Numbered from the stretch's first letter, positions 1-9,754 are shown. The stretch: 48,674 bases of DNA from an uncultured Gammaproteobacteria bacterium (GCA_964459095.1 CAYWKL010000003.1:1-48674), one strand, 5' to 3'. The notes: generated from the sequence alone by a model not told the origin. A program made the numbers and translations.

Positions 1-1029
1 AAAGATTACCCATAACGTAAAAATAAAACTTTTCTTAGACCAGTTTCCAATCAGAAGTCCCATTACAAATGAAAATAAAAGTATTGGTGGAGTAGTAAAT
101 AAAATCCATTTTGATGCATACAAATTTATTAAATTCGAAGTTGTAGAGATTTTTTCTTCAGAACCTATATCTTTGTAGTACCCAAAAAGATTTGATAAAT
201 GGCCGTATAAATCCTGCCATAAAAATGGCCAGATAGCTATTAAGACTGTAAACATTACAAAGGGGAAAAGCAGTAAAAATAAGAGAGTTTTCTTTTGCTG
301 TAAAAACGATAAAACTTCTTTTCTTTTACCAAAAAAAGTGTTTATAAGAAGCCATAATAAAAGTACTAGTGCAGCTAGGAAGATATTAAACTTAATGCCT
401 AAAGCCATACCAGCAGCCACAGATGATAAAAGTATGTAGATGGTTTTTTTCCTCTCTATAGCTTTCCAGAAAAAATATAAAGTTAGGATGATAAAAGTAG
501 TTTCAGCTGGGTCTTTAATATTAAAGTGGGATTCACCAAAAAAAAGTGGATAAGTAGCCATAAAAAGGGCTGAAAATATCCCAGCAAGTACTCCAAAACT
601 CTCTGCAGCAAAGAGAAAGACCAATGCTACAAGTAGAGAAGATATAAATATATTAAATAAGTGATAACCCTCAATATCTCCTACTAATCCTAATTTTTGG
701 TAGAAGAGATAATTAAAAAGGGAAGATAAGATATCATTTAGGGGGGGATGGCCTGTATCATAAATAAGCCAGCTTTTAAAATTCAAATTATCATTTTGAT
801 AAAAACTTCGCTCCAAGTAATTTGGATTTTTCCTCGCATCACTTAGATTATATTTTGGTAATTTCCTGTAATCTTTTTCTCCACTTAAAAAATACCAAAG
901 ATATGCTTGTCCTCTATTAAAATGTTCAGGCTCATCCCAAGAAACTCCATAGTCAGCGACCGTTAATAAACCTATAATAAAAAAAGTAAAGAAAAAAAAG
1001 GAAGATAAAAAAATTAATCTAAAATTCAT
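1..1029 (-). CDS. Multi-TM GT-C glycosyltransferase (ArnT/PMT, GT39/83-like), 3'-truncated by window edge; paralog of 2293-4299
   Basis: Not in ORF track. Hand translation from ATG at 1029 (ATGA overlap with upstream stop) is open to position 1: MNFRLIFLSSFFFFTFFIIGLLTVADYGVSWDEPEHFNRGQAYLWYFLSG...GHPPLNDILSSLFN...ESHFNIKDPAE...WILFTTPP. These motifs are shared with 2293-4299. Confidence 0.85.
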   Translation of the reverse strand, partial: MNFRLIFLSSFFFFTFFIIGLLTVADYGVSWDEPEHFNRGQAYLWYFLSGEKDYRKLPKYNLSDARKNPNYLERSFYQNDNLNFKSWLIYDTGHPPLNDILSSLFNYLFYQKLGLVGDIEGYHLFNIFISSLLVALVFLFAAESFGVLAGIFSALFMATYPLFFGESHFNIKDPAETTFIILTLYFFWKAIERKKTIYILLSSVAAGMALGIKFNIFLAALVLLLWLLINTFFGKRKEVLSFLQQKKTLLFLLLFPFVMFTVLIAIWPFLWQDLYGHLSNLFGYYKDIGSEEKISTTSNLINLYASKWILFTTPPILLFSFVMGLLIGNWSKKSFIFTLWVIF

Positions 1030-2228
1030 GAGATTGCTTTTTTGAAATTTTTTAAATATTCTAAAGATGTATTACTTAGGGAAAAATTTTTGACAGCAAC
1101 CTCTCTTACTTTTTCTCTGCTTGGAGGAAAAGTGAGAATGTCGATGATTGCTTTACTTAAATCTTCAACGTTTTTCTCTTTCACCAGATGGCCTGTGATG
1201 GTTGGAATTATTAAATTTTTGTCAGCTGAGAACTTGGTAGCAACTACAGGTGCTCCAGTTGCCATTGCTTCCATCATAGAAACAGGGGAGGCATCAATAT
1301 TTCCGTACTTATCTTTTATTGAAGGTATAACAAATACATTACAAAGGTTGTAGTAATAAATTAAATTCCTGTAGGGAATTGTTCCAGCAAAAATAATATT
1401 ACTTTCTAGATCTAGATTCTTAACTTTTTCTTCAAGTTCATTCTTTAAGTCGCCATCCCCAACTAGAATAAGTTTTGCATTAGGAATTTTTTTTAAAATT
1501 TTCGGCAAAGCTTTTATTAGATATATAAACCCTTTTTTCGGAACAAATCTCCCAACAGCTAAAATTACACTACTATTTTGTAAGTTATATCTGTTAATCA
1601 AAATCTTACTCTTTCCTAAAGGCTTAAATTTTCCCATATCCACACCATACCTTATTACTTGGGTTTTTTTAGGATAAATTCCCAATTTTTTTAATTGTTT
1701 TAAATAATGTGAATTGTCAGAAATAACAACCGAAGCATTTTTAGCTGAAAACTTTGCCATCTCCTTAAACAAAGAAAGTTTACTTGCAAGATAAACATCA
1801 GATCCAGGGACAGTGATTGTATAAGGTATTTTCGCAATTTTAGAAACAATTGCTGTAATAAAACCATTGGGTATTATCCAGTGTGCACAAATGATGTCTA
1901 TTTTTTCTTTTTTCACTAGGGAAAGTAATTTCAAGAAACTAGAAATAAGTAAAAAAGGAGCAAAAAAATATACATAAAATTTTAAGGATTGATTACTACT
2001 TAGTGTTCTTGAGTATCCTAGGAGATGAAAACTATCTGGAAAAATATATTTATAAACAATAAATTTGTAATTTTTCTTTAATTTAAAATCAATCTTTTGA
2101 TCAAATGGGGCTAGAACAAATACATTATTTTTATAACTTGCTAAAGATCTTGCTAACTCATGAATAAAAGGAGCAGATGTGTCATTTTTATACCGGGGTA
2201 TGCTATGAGTTAAAATACAAATTTTCAT
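1026..2228 (-). CDS. GT4 (GT-B) glycosyltransferase
   Basis: HWIIPNG, VGRFVPKKG, and PVSMMEAMATGAPVV. The track start at 2231 is TTG; the next codon (2228) is ATG. Confidence 0.9.
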   Translation of the reverse strand: MKICILTHSIPRYKNDTSAPFIHELARSLASYKNNVFVLAPFDQKIDFKLKKNYKFIVYKYIFPDSFHLLGYSRTLSSNQSLKFYVYFFAPFLLISSFLKLLSLVKKEKIDIICAHWIIPNGFITAIVSKIAKIPYTITVPGSDVYLASKLSLFKEMAKFSAKNASVVISDNSHYLKQLKKLGIYPKKTQVIRYGVDMGKFKPLGKSKILINRYNLQNSSVILAVGRFVPKKGFIYLIKALPKILKKIPNAKLILVGDGDLKNELEEKVKNLDLESNIIFAGTIPYRNLIYYYNLCNVFVIPSIKDKYGNIDASPVSMMEAMATGAPVVATKFSADKNLIIPTITGHLVKEKNVEDLSKAIIDILTFPPSREKVREVAVKNFSLSNTSLEYLKNFKKAIS

Positions 2229-2233
2229 CAAGT

Positions 2234-2262
2234 TTGTAAGATTTAGTCTAAAATTATATACT
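2234..2262 (+). promoter_or_regulatory. Putative sigma70 promoter TTGTAA-N17-TATACT for the long + strand operon
   Basis: TTGTAA at 2234-2239, 17-bp spacer, TATACT at 2257-2262, in the divergent intergenic gap 30 nt before ATG 2293. Confidence 0.6.
2253..2258 (-). promoter_or_regulatory. Putative -10 box (TATAAT) for the minus-strand GT4/GT-C operon
   Basis: + strand ATTATA at 2253-2258 reads TATAAT on the minus strand, about 25 nt upstream of ATG 2228. No clear -35. Confidence 0.45.
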
Positions 2263-2292
2263 CATTTAACTTGCGATTGCTACTTTCGTTAG

Positions 2293-4299
2293 ATGAAAAG
2301 ATTAAACGATTTTCTAAACAAGAATTTGATTGCTATTTTAGGAGCACTAATCTTCCTTTTTTTTGGTGTTTTCACTATCCAAGATTATGGGACTTCTTGG
2401 GATGAGACAATTCATTACAGCAGAGGTAATGTATATCTAAATTACTTTCTAACCGGGAGTAAAGAATATAAAGAAGGAGAAAAAAGAAGTTTTTTTGCAC
2501 TAGAATATCAAGATGGAGATTTTTTCTTTAAAAATAATCCAGGACATCCACCCATAAATGATATTCTTGCCTCTTTGTTTAATAAAATTCTTTATATAAA
2601 ACTTTCTATTCTTGATGATATTGAAAGCTACCACATATTCATACTACTTATTTCCGCAGTTCTTGTTTTTATTACTACTAAATTTGCAAAGGATACAATC
2701 GGAAATTTCGGTGCGCTCATTACTCTTTTATCTTTAATAACCTATCCTCTTTTTTTTGTTGAAGCACACTTTAATATAAAAGACCCAATAGAAGCTGCAT
2801 TTTTTACTGGAGCAATTTGGAGTTTTTATAACTCTTTGAGAAAACAAAGTATCATCTGGCTTATTGGCTTCTATTTTTTTTTAGGACTAGGTCTTGGGAC
2901 TAAATTCAATATATTGTTTACTCCTTTTATTATTATTCCTTACCTCCTTCTTAGGTTTAAAGATAAAGTAATAACATTTAAGAAATGGCAAATTAAAAGA
3001 TCATATATTATAGTGCTTTTTTTAGGACCGCTAGTCTCGCTAGGGATATTTGTAGGATCATGGCCATACCTTTGGAACAACTTTCCAACAAGTTTGTTTG
3101 AAGTCTTTAGATACTATGAGCACATAGGAACCCAAACAAACTATCAACCAGAAAACTTTTATATATTTGGATTTAATCTTTTTCCAACCCTCTGGATTAT
3201 TTTTACAACACCTCCAATAGTACTCTTTCTTAGCTTTGTTGGTATTATTTATGCAATCAAAAAAAGAAACTTCGGGAATGGAGTTTTTGTACTTTGGTTG
3301 CTTTGGTTTGCAGTTCCAATAATTAGGGTTAGTTTGCCCGGTGCAAGCATTTATGGCGGTGACAGGCAAATTATGGAATTTTTACCTGCCCTTTGTCTAC
3401 TCGCAGGTTTGGGGGGGCTGGAAATAATAAAATTTTCTTCGAAACTTTTTAATATAAAAAATATTTTGTTTCTTAAACTGGCACTTATACTTTTGTTTTT
3501 ATGGCCTGCTTTTATTTTGGTGAAAATACATCCCAATCAAAATGTATATTTTAATTTTATTATAGGAGGGTTAAAAGGAGCAGAGAAGAGAAATTTTCCT
3601 TCATGGGGCAATAGCTATGGTAATGCTTACTTTCAAGGAATTAAGTGGTTAAATAAAAACGCCCCTTTGAATTCAAAAGTTTCGTTAATACAAGGAACAC
3701 CAACTAATGCTCCGTCAATTTTATTTAGGAATGATATAAGTCTAAACCCAAAGAATTGGAGTGGACTGAAAAAGGATGGAGAATATCTGATGGAATTAAA
3801 CTTCAATGATACAGGGAAGGCTTACTACTATACATGGGAATATGTTGAGAAGATGCTTAACCCAGTATATGAAGTGAAAGTAGATGGAGTCCCAATACTT
3901 AAGATTTGGAAAAACGATGAAGAACATACAAAAAAAAAGTATAGAAATTTAACGGAGAAGGAGTACTCTGATTATAAAAGATTCTATGTTAAAGACCATG
4001 TTTTGAATATTGAACTTGTTAGAGTTGTTAGGTTGTCTAAACTTATACTTCTTTTTTCGGACTCAGAAACATGCAGCAAGATTCAATCAGTTATTGTTGA
4101 ATCATCTCAGAATGGAAAAAATTGGTACAGAGAAAAAGATACCTTTCCTTTTCCTCAAGTTGGAATTCAGTCTAACTTGGATGCTAATAAATTAACTATT
4201 TTTTTTGCAGACAGAAATGCAAAAGAGATTAGATTATTATTCGAAAGTGACAAATCTTGCGGATTGCAAGACCCCGCTATAAATGTTTATACTTTCTAA
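2293..4299 (+). CDS. Multi-TM GT-C glycosyltransferase (ArnT/PMT-like) with extracytoplasmic C-terminal beta domain
   Basis: DYGTSWDE loop motif after TM1, about 11-13 hydrophobic segments, and a hydrophilic C-terminal ~250 aa. Confidence 0.85.
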   Translation: MKRLNDFLNKNLIAILGALIFLFFGVFTIQDYGTSWDETIHYSRGNVYLNYFLTGSKEYKEGEKRSFFALEYQDGDFFFKNNPGHPPINDILASLFNKILYIKLSILDDIESYHIFILLISAVLVFITTKFAKDTIGNFGALITLLSLITYPLFFVEAHFNIKDPIEAAFFTGAIWSFYNSLRKQSIIWLIGFYFFLGLGLGTKFNILFTPFIIIPYLLLRFKDKVITFKKWQIKRSYIIVLFLGPLVSLGIFVGSWPYLWNNFPTSLFEVFRYYEHIGTQTNYQPENFYIFGFNLFPTLWIIFTTPPIVLFLSFVGIIYAIKKRNFGNGVFVLWLLWFAVPIIRVSLPGASIYGGDRQIMEFLPALCLLAGLGGLEIIKFSSKLFNIKNILFLKLALILLFLWPAFILVKIHPNQNVYFNFIIGGLKGAEKRNFPSWGNSYGNAYFQGIKWLNKNAPLNSKVSLIQGTPTNAPSILFRNDISLNPKNWSGLKKDGEYLMELNFNDTGKAYYYTWEYVEKMLNPVYEVKVDGVPILKIWKNDEEHTKKKYRNLTEKEYSDYKRFYVKDHVLNIELVRVVRLSKLILLFSDSETCSKIQSVIVESSQNGKNWYREKDTFPFPQVGIQSNLDANKLTIFFADRNAKEIRLLFESDKSCGLQDPAINVYTF

Positions 4300-4316
4300 T
4301 TGTTTTAAAGACCAAA

Positions 4317-4796
4317 ATGTTAAGTCGATTATTTTCTCTGTGTTTAATTATTTTATTTTTAATTTTTCCAATAAGTCTTCTGGCGAAAGAATCAACTTTA
4401 TCTGCAGAATTTTTAAAAATTGAAAATCCATCGAATCACTTTGACAGATTAATTGAGAAACTGATTTTGTTTACAAAGTTTAATGAGCAGTCTAAGGCAG
4501 AATATATGATGTCACTTTTGGATAAGCGCCTTGCTGATTTATATGTAGTAGTAAGCAAAAATAGAGGTAATTTAATTGAGGAGATTTCTTCAAGATATGC
4601 AAGCTACACTGGGCAACTAGGAGCTTATTTTGTTGAAAATAAACTAGAAACTAAAGACAAAGAGTTAAAGAAAAAACTAAAAACTCACAAAAAGATTTTG
4701 ATTGAGATTCAAAAAAAATATTCAAACGATTCTCCTTTTAGAATGCTGCTGCAGCATGACATTAACACTATAAATATCATTCAAGACAAGCTGTAA
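4317..4796 (+). CDS. Secreted/anchored helical hypothetical protein (DUF5667-like)
   Basis: Likely ATG 4317 gives MLSRLFSLCLIILFLIFPISLLA (signal peptide-like), then a helical NPSNHFDRLIEKLILF...KAEYMMSLLDKRLADL pattern reminiscent of DUF5667. Confidence 0.55.
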   Translation: MLSRLFSLCLIILFLIFPISLLAKESTLSAEFLKIENPSNHFDRLIEKLILFTKFNEQSKAEYMMSLLDKRLADLYVVVSKNRGNLIEEISSRYASYTGQLGAYFVENKLETKDKELKKKLKTHKKILIEIQKKYSNDSPFRMLLQHDINTINIIQDKL

Positions 4797-4807
4797 AGAT
4801 TTAAGAT

Positions 4808-5800
4808 ATGGGAAAGGCAAAAGTATTAGTTGCAGGAGCAGGGGGATTCATAGGGCATCATCTTGTGAAATTCTTAAAGAAGAAAGGGTATTTTGTCCGT
4901 GGTGTTGATATCAAAAAACCAGAATTCGAAAAAACTCAAGCCGATGAGTTTTTAATTTTAGATCTTCGCATAAAAAAATCAGCACAAATCGCAGTAGAAG
5001 GAACGAGTCAAGCTTACAATTTAGCAGCCAATATGGGAGGAATAGGGTTTATAGAAAGTGTGCATGCTCAAATTATGCACGATAATGTCCTGATAGATAC
5101 ACAACTGCTAGATGCTGCATATAAACAAAAGATAAAGAAATTTTTTTATGCATCTTCTGCATTGGTTTACCCAAGTGAAAAAAAAGAGTCAAAAAAAGCA
5201 GTAGGTTTAAAAGAGGAAGATGCCTATCCTGCAAATCCTGACAGTGAATATGGGTGGGAGAAATTATTTATAGAGAGACTTTGCCAGGCTTATTACAAAG
5301 ATTACGGTTTTGAAACTCGGGTGGCAAGGTTTCATAATGTTTATGGTCCTCTTGGTGTTTATGAAGGGGGTAGAGAAAAATCTCCCGGCGCTCTTTGTAG
5401 AAAAATTGCAAAGGCAAAGAAACGAGAAGAAATAGAGGTTTGGGGGGACGGAAAACAAGTCAGATCTTATTGTTATGTTGATGATTGTGTAGAAGGTATA
5501 TATCGTCTTATGCAAAGTGATGTTAGAGAACCTCTTAATATTGGTTCTGATAAAAGCATATCGATCAATGAACTCATAGATTTGATTTCAAAAATTGCAG
5601 GGAAAAGTGTAAGAAGACGATTCGATAAGTCCAAACCTCAGGGAGCTAGAGGGAGAAACTCTGATAATAAAAAAGTAAGAAAATTACTAAAATGGGAACC
5701 TAAAACTTCTTTAGAAGAAGGTTTTAGTCAAACTTATTTTTGGATAAAAGAACAAATAGAAAAGTCCACAAAAAAGCAGAATGCAAAAACCCTATCCTAA
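4808..5800 (+). CDS. GDP-mannose 3',5'-epimerase-like extended SDR
   Basis: GAGGFIG, LAANMGGIGFI, YGWEK, RFHNVYGP, GGREKSPGALCRK, EVWGDGKQVRSY. Confidence 0.85.
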   Translation: MGKAKVLVAGAGGFIGHHLVKFLKKKGYFVRGVDIKKPEFEKTQADEFLILDLRIKKSAQIAVEGTSQAYNLAANMGGIGFIESVHAQIMHDNVLIDTQLLDAAYKQKIKKFFYASSALVYPSEKKESKKAVGLKEEDAYPANPDSEYGWEKLFIERLCQAYYKDYGFETRVARFHNVYGPLGVYEGGREKSPGALCRKIAKAKKREEIEVWGDGKQVRSYCYVDDCVEGIYRLMQSDVREPLNIGSDKSISINELIDLISKIAGKSVRRRFDKSKPQGARGRNSDNKKVRKLLKWEPKTSLEEGFSQTYFWIKEQIEKSTKKQNAKTLS

Positions 5801-6785
5801 AATCTCAGTTATTATTCCCACACTGAATGAGGAAAAATCATTGCCCAAGTGTCTTAAAAGTGTTGTTTCTCAAACTTATCCAAGAGAAAAAATAGAGCTT
5901 TTAATTATCGATGATGGTTCAACCGACAATACAGTTCCCCTCGCAAAAAAATTTGGGGCAAGAATAATTTATAACGGTTCCCACCATATAGAAAGGGGCA
6001 AAAGTATTGGTCTTGCAAATGCTAAGGGCGAACTCATATTTTTTATTGACGCAGACAATAGATTAACTTCCAATAAATGGTTTAAAGATGCAGTTGAGAT
6101 ATTTAGAAACCATAAAGAAGTTGTCGGAATAGAAAGTTGGAAATATAAATATAGTAAAAAGGATAGTCTCATTAACAGGTATTGTGCTTTATTTGGAGTT
6201 AATGATCCTTTAGGTTTTTATCTTGGCAAAGCAGGGTTTCTTATGGCTACACAAAACCACTGGAGAGATAAAAAGACCCTTGTTGAAGAATTTAAAGGAT
6301 ATTTTCTTACCCGTTTCTCAACAAAGAATCTGGCACTTATTGGATCTAATGGTTATATGACCAAGAGGAAGCTTCTTCTTAAGACTGACTGGAAGCCATA
6401 CCTGTTTCATTTAGACAGCGCATATGATCTCGTCTCGCAAGGGTATAACACTTTTGCGAGACTTAAATATGAAGTTGAACATGACTTTGCTAATAGTTTT
6501 AAGGAGATGATTCAAAAAAATAAGAGAAACACTGATCTATTTTTAATTTACCAGGATAAAAGAAGATTCAAATATGATTCAAGCCTTTTTTTAAAGATTT
6601 GGATTTTTTTAATTATGATTTCCTTCTTAATCCCACTTAAGGATTCATTTCTAGGATTTATTAAGAGAAAAGACTACGCTTGGTTTCTTCATCCACTTAT
6701 TTGCTTTTCGGTAATATTGGTAGACATATACTCACTGTTTGAATTTTACTTATTTAAACAATTTAGGCGATTAAAAAATAAATAA
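5781..6785 (+). CDS. GT2 glycosyltransferase with C-terminal membrane helices
   Basis: ISVIIPTLNEE, IDDGSTD, FIDAD, hydrophobic C-terminus. Confidence 0.9.
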   Translation: MQKPYPKISVIIPTLNEEKSLPKCLKSVVSQTYPREKIELLIIDDGSTDNTVPLAKKFGARIIYNGSHHIERGKSIGLANAKGELIFFIDADNRLTSNKWFKDAVEIFRNHKEVVGIESWKYKYSKKDSLINRYCALFGVNDPLGFYLGKAGFLMATQNHWRDKKTLVEEFKGYFLTRFSTKNLALIGSNGYMTKRKLLLKTDWKPYLFHLDSAYDLVSQGYNTFARLKYEVEHDFANSFKEMIQKNKRNTDLFLIYQDKRRFKYDSSLFLKIWIFLIMISFLIPLKDSFLGFIKRKDYAWFLHPLICFSVILVDIYSLFEFYLFKQFRRLKNK

Positions 6786-7457
6786 ATGGGAAATGAACGC
6801 ATCTTAAATCCTACCACAGATATACTACCTGCCCCTCATCATATTTTTGAGGCAAAATTGCTTAAAAAATACAGTAATAAAAATTCAGTTCTTGATATTG
6901 GCTGTTGGACAGGGCAATTCCTATCTCTCTTAGACAACGCAAAAGAAGTTACTGGGATTGACATTTCTAAACGTGCTATAAACTTTGCTAGGAAAAACCG
7001 AAAAGGAAATTTCTTAGTTGCCTCAGCCCTTAAACTCCCTTTTAAGAATAATCAATTTGACCTTGTTACTATGCTTGATGTTGTAGAACACTTGCCTAAA
7101 GGGTATGAGGAAAGGGCAATTATAGAGGCTGCAAGGGTTTTAAAGAAAGGCGGATTTTTTGCAATAAGTACAGTTACAAAACACCTTTTGTCTATTCTTT
7201 TGGATCCTGCATTTTTCTTTTTTGGACACAGACATTATTCGAAGGAAGAACTTGAAAAAATACTTAAAAATAGTGGTCTTAATCCACGAAAAACTAAATA
7301 TACAGGAGGATTTTGGTCTCTTTTTGGACATAATTTCGCACTTCTACAAAAACATTTGTTTAAGTCAAAAAAAATTTATATTCCATTTAGAAAGCTTTCG
7401 AAGAAAGAGTTCAAAAATGGTTTTGACCAAATCCATATAATTGCGCAAAAATATTAG
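6786..7457 (+). CDS. Class I SAM-dependent methyltransferase
   Basis: VLDIGCWTG, GIDIS, SALKLPF..QFDLVTMLDVVEHL, ARVLKKGG. Confidence 0.9.
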   Translation: MGNERILNPTTDILPAPHHIFEAKLLKKYSNKNSVLDIGCWTGQFLSLLDNAKEVTGIDISKRAINFARKNRKGNFLVASALKLPFKNNQFDLVTMLDVVEHLPKGYEERAIIEAARVLKKGGFFAISTVTKHLLSILLDPAFFFFGHRHYSKEELEKILKNSGLNPRKTKYTGGFWSLFGHNFALLQKHLFKSKKIYIPFRKLSKKEFKNGFDQIHIIAQKY

Positions 7458-7479
7458 GTTTTGTTTCAAAAATTTGTCA

Positions 7480-7488
7480 TGATAAAAT
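7480..7488 (+). promoter_or_regulatory. Putative internal extended -10 promoter (TGATAAAAT)
   Basis: TGn-TAAAAT in a 45-bp gap, 14 nt before ATG 7503. TTGTTT at 7461-7466 is a possible -35. Confidence 0.5.
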
Positions 7489-7502
7489 GTTGAAATAATT
7501 TC

Positions 7503-8459
7503 ATGGGTTACTACACCAATAAAAAAATAGTTATTGCTGGAGGTGGCGGTTTTGTCGGGAGTCATATTGCAGACAGATTAAAAAAAATTCGTTGCAGAGT
7601 TTTTATTCCTAGGACAAAAGATGGATGGGATTTCACAAAACTTGAAAAAGCTCTTTTATATTTAAAAAAAACAAAACCTGATATTGTTATAAATTCTGCG
7701 GCTCATCAGGGAGGGATATTATACGATAAGCTAAAAAGAGCTCAAATCTACTACGACAACCTTCTTATGGGTACTTACTTAATGGAGGCAGCAAGACTCG
7801 TAGGGGTGAAAAAATATATAAATGTCTCAGCTGCTTGCGCGTATCCCGGATATTTAAACAAGGACGAACAATTCGAAGAAGACTATTGGAATGGTCCAAT
7901 TCATGAAACAGTTCTAAATTATGGATTTACTAAGAAGGCGCACATTGTACAAGGATGGGCTTATAAAGAGCAATACGGTTTCAATTCAATTCACTTGATT
8001 ATGGCGAATATGTATGGACCAGGAGAACATTTCCATCCTGACAGATCTCACGGCCTTGGGGCATTAGTAAAAAAAGTCTATGATGCGAAAAAAGAAGGAA
8101 GAGATTTTATTGAGGTATGGGGGACAGGGAAACCTATTAGAGAATGGTTATTTGTGAAAGATGCTGCTGAGGGGATTTTACTTGCAGGAGAAAAATACAA
8201 TGATGTTTCTCCCATGAATATAGGAACCGGGGTAGGTCACTCAATTACAGATTTAGTTAATATAATAATGAAGGTTATAGGTTTTAAAGGCAAAATTAAA
8301 TATCTTACCAAGATGCCTGATGGTGCTTTGAAAAAAACTCTAAACGTAAATAAAATGAAAAAAACTTTAAAATGGAACCCTAAGACAAAAATTGAAAAAG
8401 GAATCGAAGAAACTGTTAACTGGCTTGATAAGAATTATGAATATGCGATCTCCAGATAA
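7503..8459 (+). CDS. GDP-L-fucose synthase (Fcl/WcaG)-like epimerase/reductase
   Basis: GGGGFVG, AAHQGGI, ACAYPG, YGFTKK, NMYGPG, SHGL, VWGTGKPIREWLFV. Confidence 0.8.
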   Translation: MGYYTNKKIVIAGGGGFVGSHIADRLKKIRCRVFIPRTKDGWDFTKLEKALLYLKKTKPDIVINSAAHQGGILYDKLKRAQIYYDNLLMGTYLMEAARLVGVKKYINVSAACAYPGYLNKDEQFEEDYWNGPIHETVLNYGFTKKAHIVQGWAYKEQYGFNSIHLIMANMYGPGEHFHPDRSHGLGALVKKVYDAKKEGRDFIEVWGTGKPIREWLFVKDAAEGILLAGEKYNDVSPMNIGTGVGHSITDLVNIIMKVIGFKGKIKYLTKMPDGALKKTLNVNKMKKTLKWNPKTKIEKGIEETVNWLDKNYEYAISR

Positions 8460-9234
8460 AAGGCTTAAGATTGGTATATTAGGGGCAAAAGGACTTCTTG
8501 GATCAGACTTAGTGAGGCTCCTTAGTAGAAATTTTAAAGTTGAAGCCATAACTAAAGAAAATTACAAGAAAAAGGTTGGAACATACTTTGATTGTTTAAT
8601 TAATGCAAATGGCAATAGTAAAAGATTTTGGGCAAACGAGAACCCTTTTGATGATTTTTTAGCTTCAACCTTGTCAGTATATAAAAGCATATTTGATTTT
8701 CCTAGTGACCTATACATTTACATATCCTCTCCAGATGTTTATTCAAATCATGAAAACCCAAAATATTCGAAAGAAACTGCAGAAATGAAACCTTTAAGTC
8801 TTGAGGCTTACGGATTTAATAAGTACTTGAGTGAATTGATTGTAAAAAAATATTCAAAAAAATACCTCATTTTACGATGCTCAATGATTTTAGGAAAAAA
8901 ATTAAAAAAAGGGCCTATCTTTGATCTTTTGAAAGATAATTCTTTATATGTTAATCTTCAAACAAAGTTGCAAATAATTACAACAAAAGGGGTATCAGAA
9001 ATATTAATAACTTTATTAGAAAAGAGCGTTTCTGATGAGATAATAAATGTAGGAGGTAAGGGTACTTTTAATTTTAAAAGGGCCAAAGAATATTTCAAAC
9101 GAAGTTTTAAAATACGCGACCATGCAAAAAAACAAGTTTATGAAATGAATATAGAAAAACTCCTACGATTTTATCCCTCATTAAAAACTTCAAAGGAATA
9201 TTTAAAGGAATATTTAAAACAACAGAATGTCTGA
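8437..9234 (+). CDS. NAD(P)-dependent epimerase/dehydratase family SDR (atypical, short)
   Basis: IGILGAKGLLG Rossmann motif, YISSPDVY, YGFNK. Start is probably ATG 8437 or 8443 rather than the track start 8392. Confidence 0.75.
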   Translation: MNMRSPDKRLKIGILGAKGLLGSDLVRLLSRNFKVEAITKENYKKKVGTYFDCLINANGNSKRFWANENPFDDFLASTLSVYKSIFDFPSDLYIYISSPDVYSNHENPKYSKETAEMKPLSLEAYGFNKYLSELIVKKYSKKYLILRCSMILGKKLKKGPIFDLLKDNSLYVNLQTKLQIITTKGVSEILITLLEKSVSDEIINVGGKGTFNFKRAKEYFKRSFKIRDHAKKQVYEMNIEKLLRFYPSLKTSKEYLKEYLKQQNV

Positions 9235-9754
9235 AATTATTTATAGAATCTATAACCGATTAGTATCGAGCCTGGGAATTCTTAAAGCTTTCTTTTGGAG
9301 TTTTTTTCTAAAAAGAATTGGTAAGAATGTGGAGATTATGGAAAGGGTAATGATCATGAGGCCAAAAAATGTTGAGATAGGACACGATGTTTTTATTTCT
9401 AAAGATGTAAAAATTGGAGGACAAAATGGAGTAAAGATTGGAAATTACGTAATTATTGGGTTTAATGTTAATTTAGTAACTGCAAACTACAGATATCAAG
9501 ATCCTAGTTTTCCAATAAAGAAACAGGGTTTTTATGGAGGACCCATTAAAATTGACAGTGATGTTTGGATTGGTGCAAACGCTGTGATTCTCCCAAATGT
9601 AACCATAGGAAGAGGATCTGTTATCGGTAGTAATTCAGTTGTTACAAAGAATGTAGATCCATATACAATAGTAGCTGGAGTACCAGCAAAAGTCATAAAA
9701 CATCGATTTGATAAATCTCAGACCGATAAAGCAAAAAAGATAGATTTAAACTAG
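9227..9754 (+). CDS. Hexapeptide-repeat (LbH) O/N-acyltransferase
   Basis: DVWIGANAVILPNVTIGRGSVIGSNSVVTKNV...VAGVPAKVI. Confidence 0.9.
   Translation: MSEIIYRIYNRLVSSLGILKAFFWSFFLKRIGKNVEIMERVMIMRPKNVEIGHDVFISKDVKIGGQNGVKIGNYVIIGFNVNLVTANYRYQDPSFPIKKQGFYGGPIKIDSDVWIGANAVILPNVTIGRGSVIGSNSVVTKNVDPYTIVAGVPAKVIKHRFDKSQTDKAKKIDLN

Noticed and set aside
9192..9215. 12-bp tandem duplication AAAGGAATATTT x2 (KEYL KEYL)
   Set aside because: Only two in-frame copies at an SDR C-terminus; no evidence of a variable repeat.
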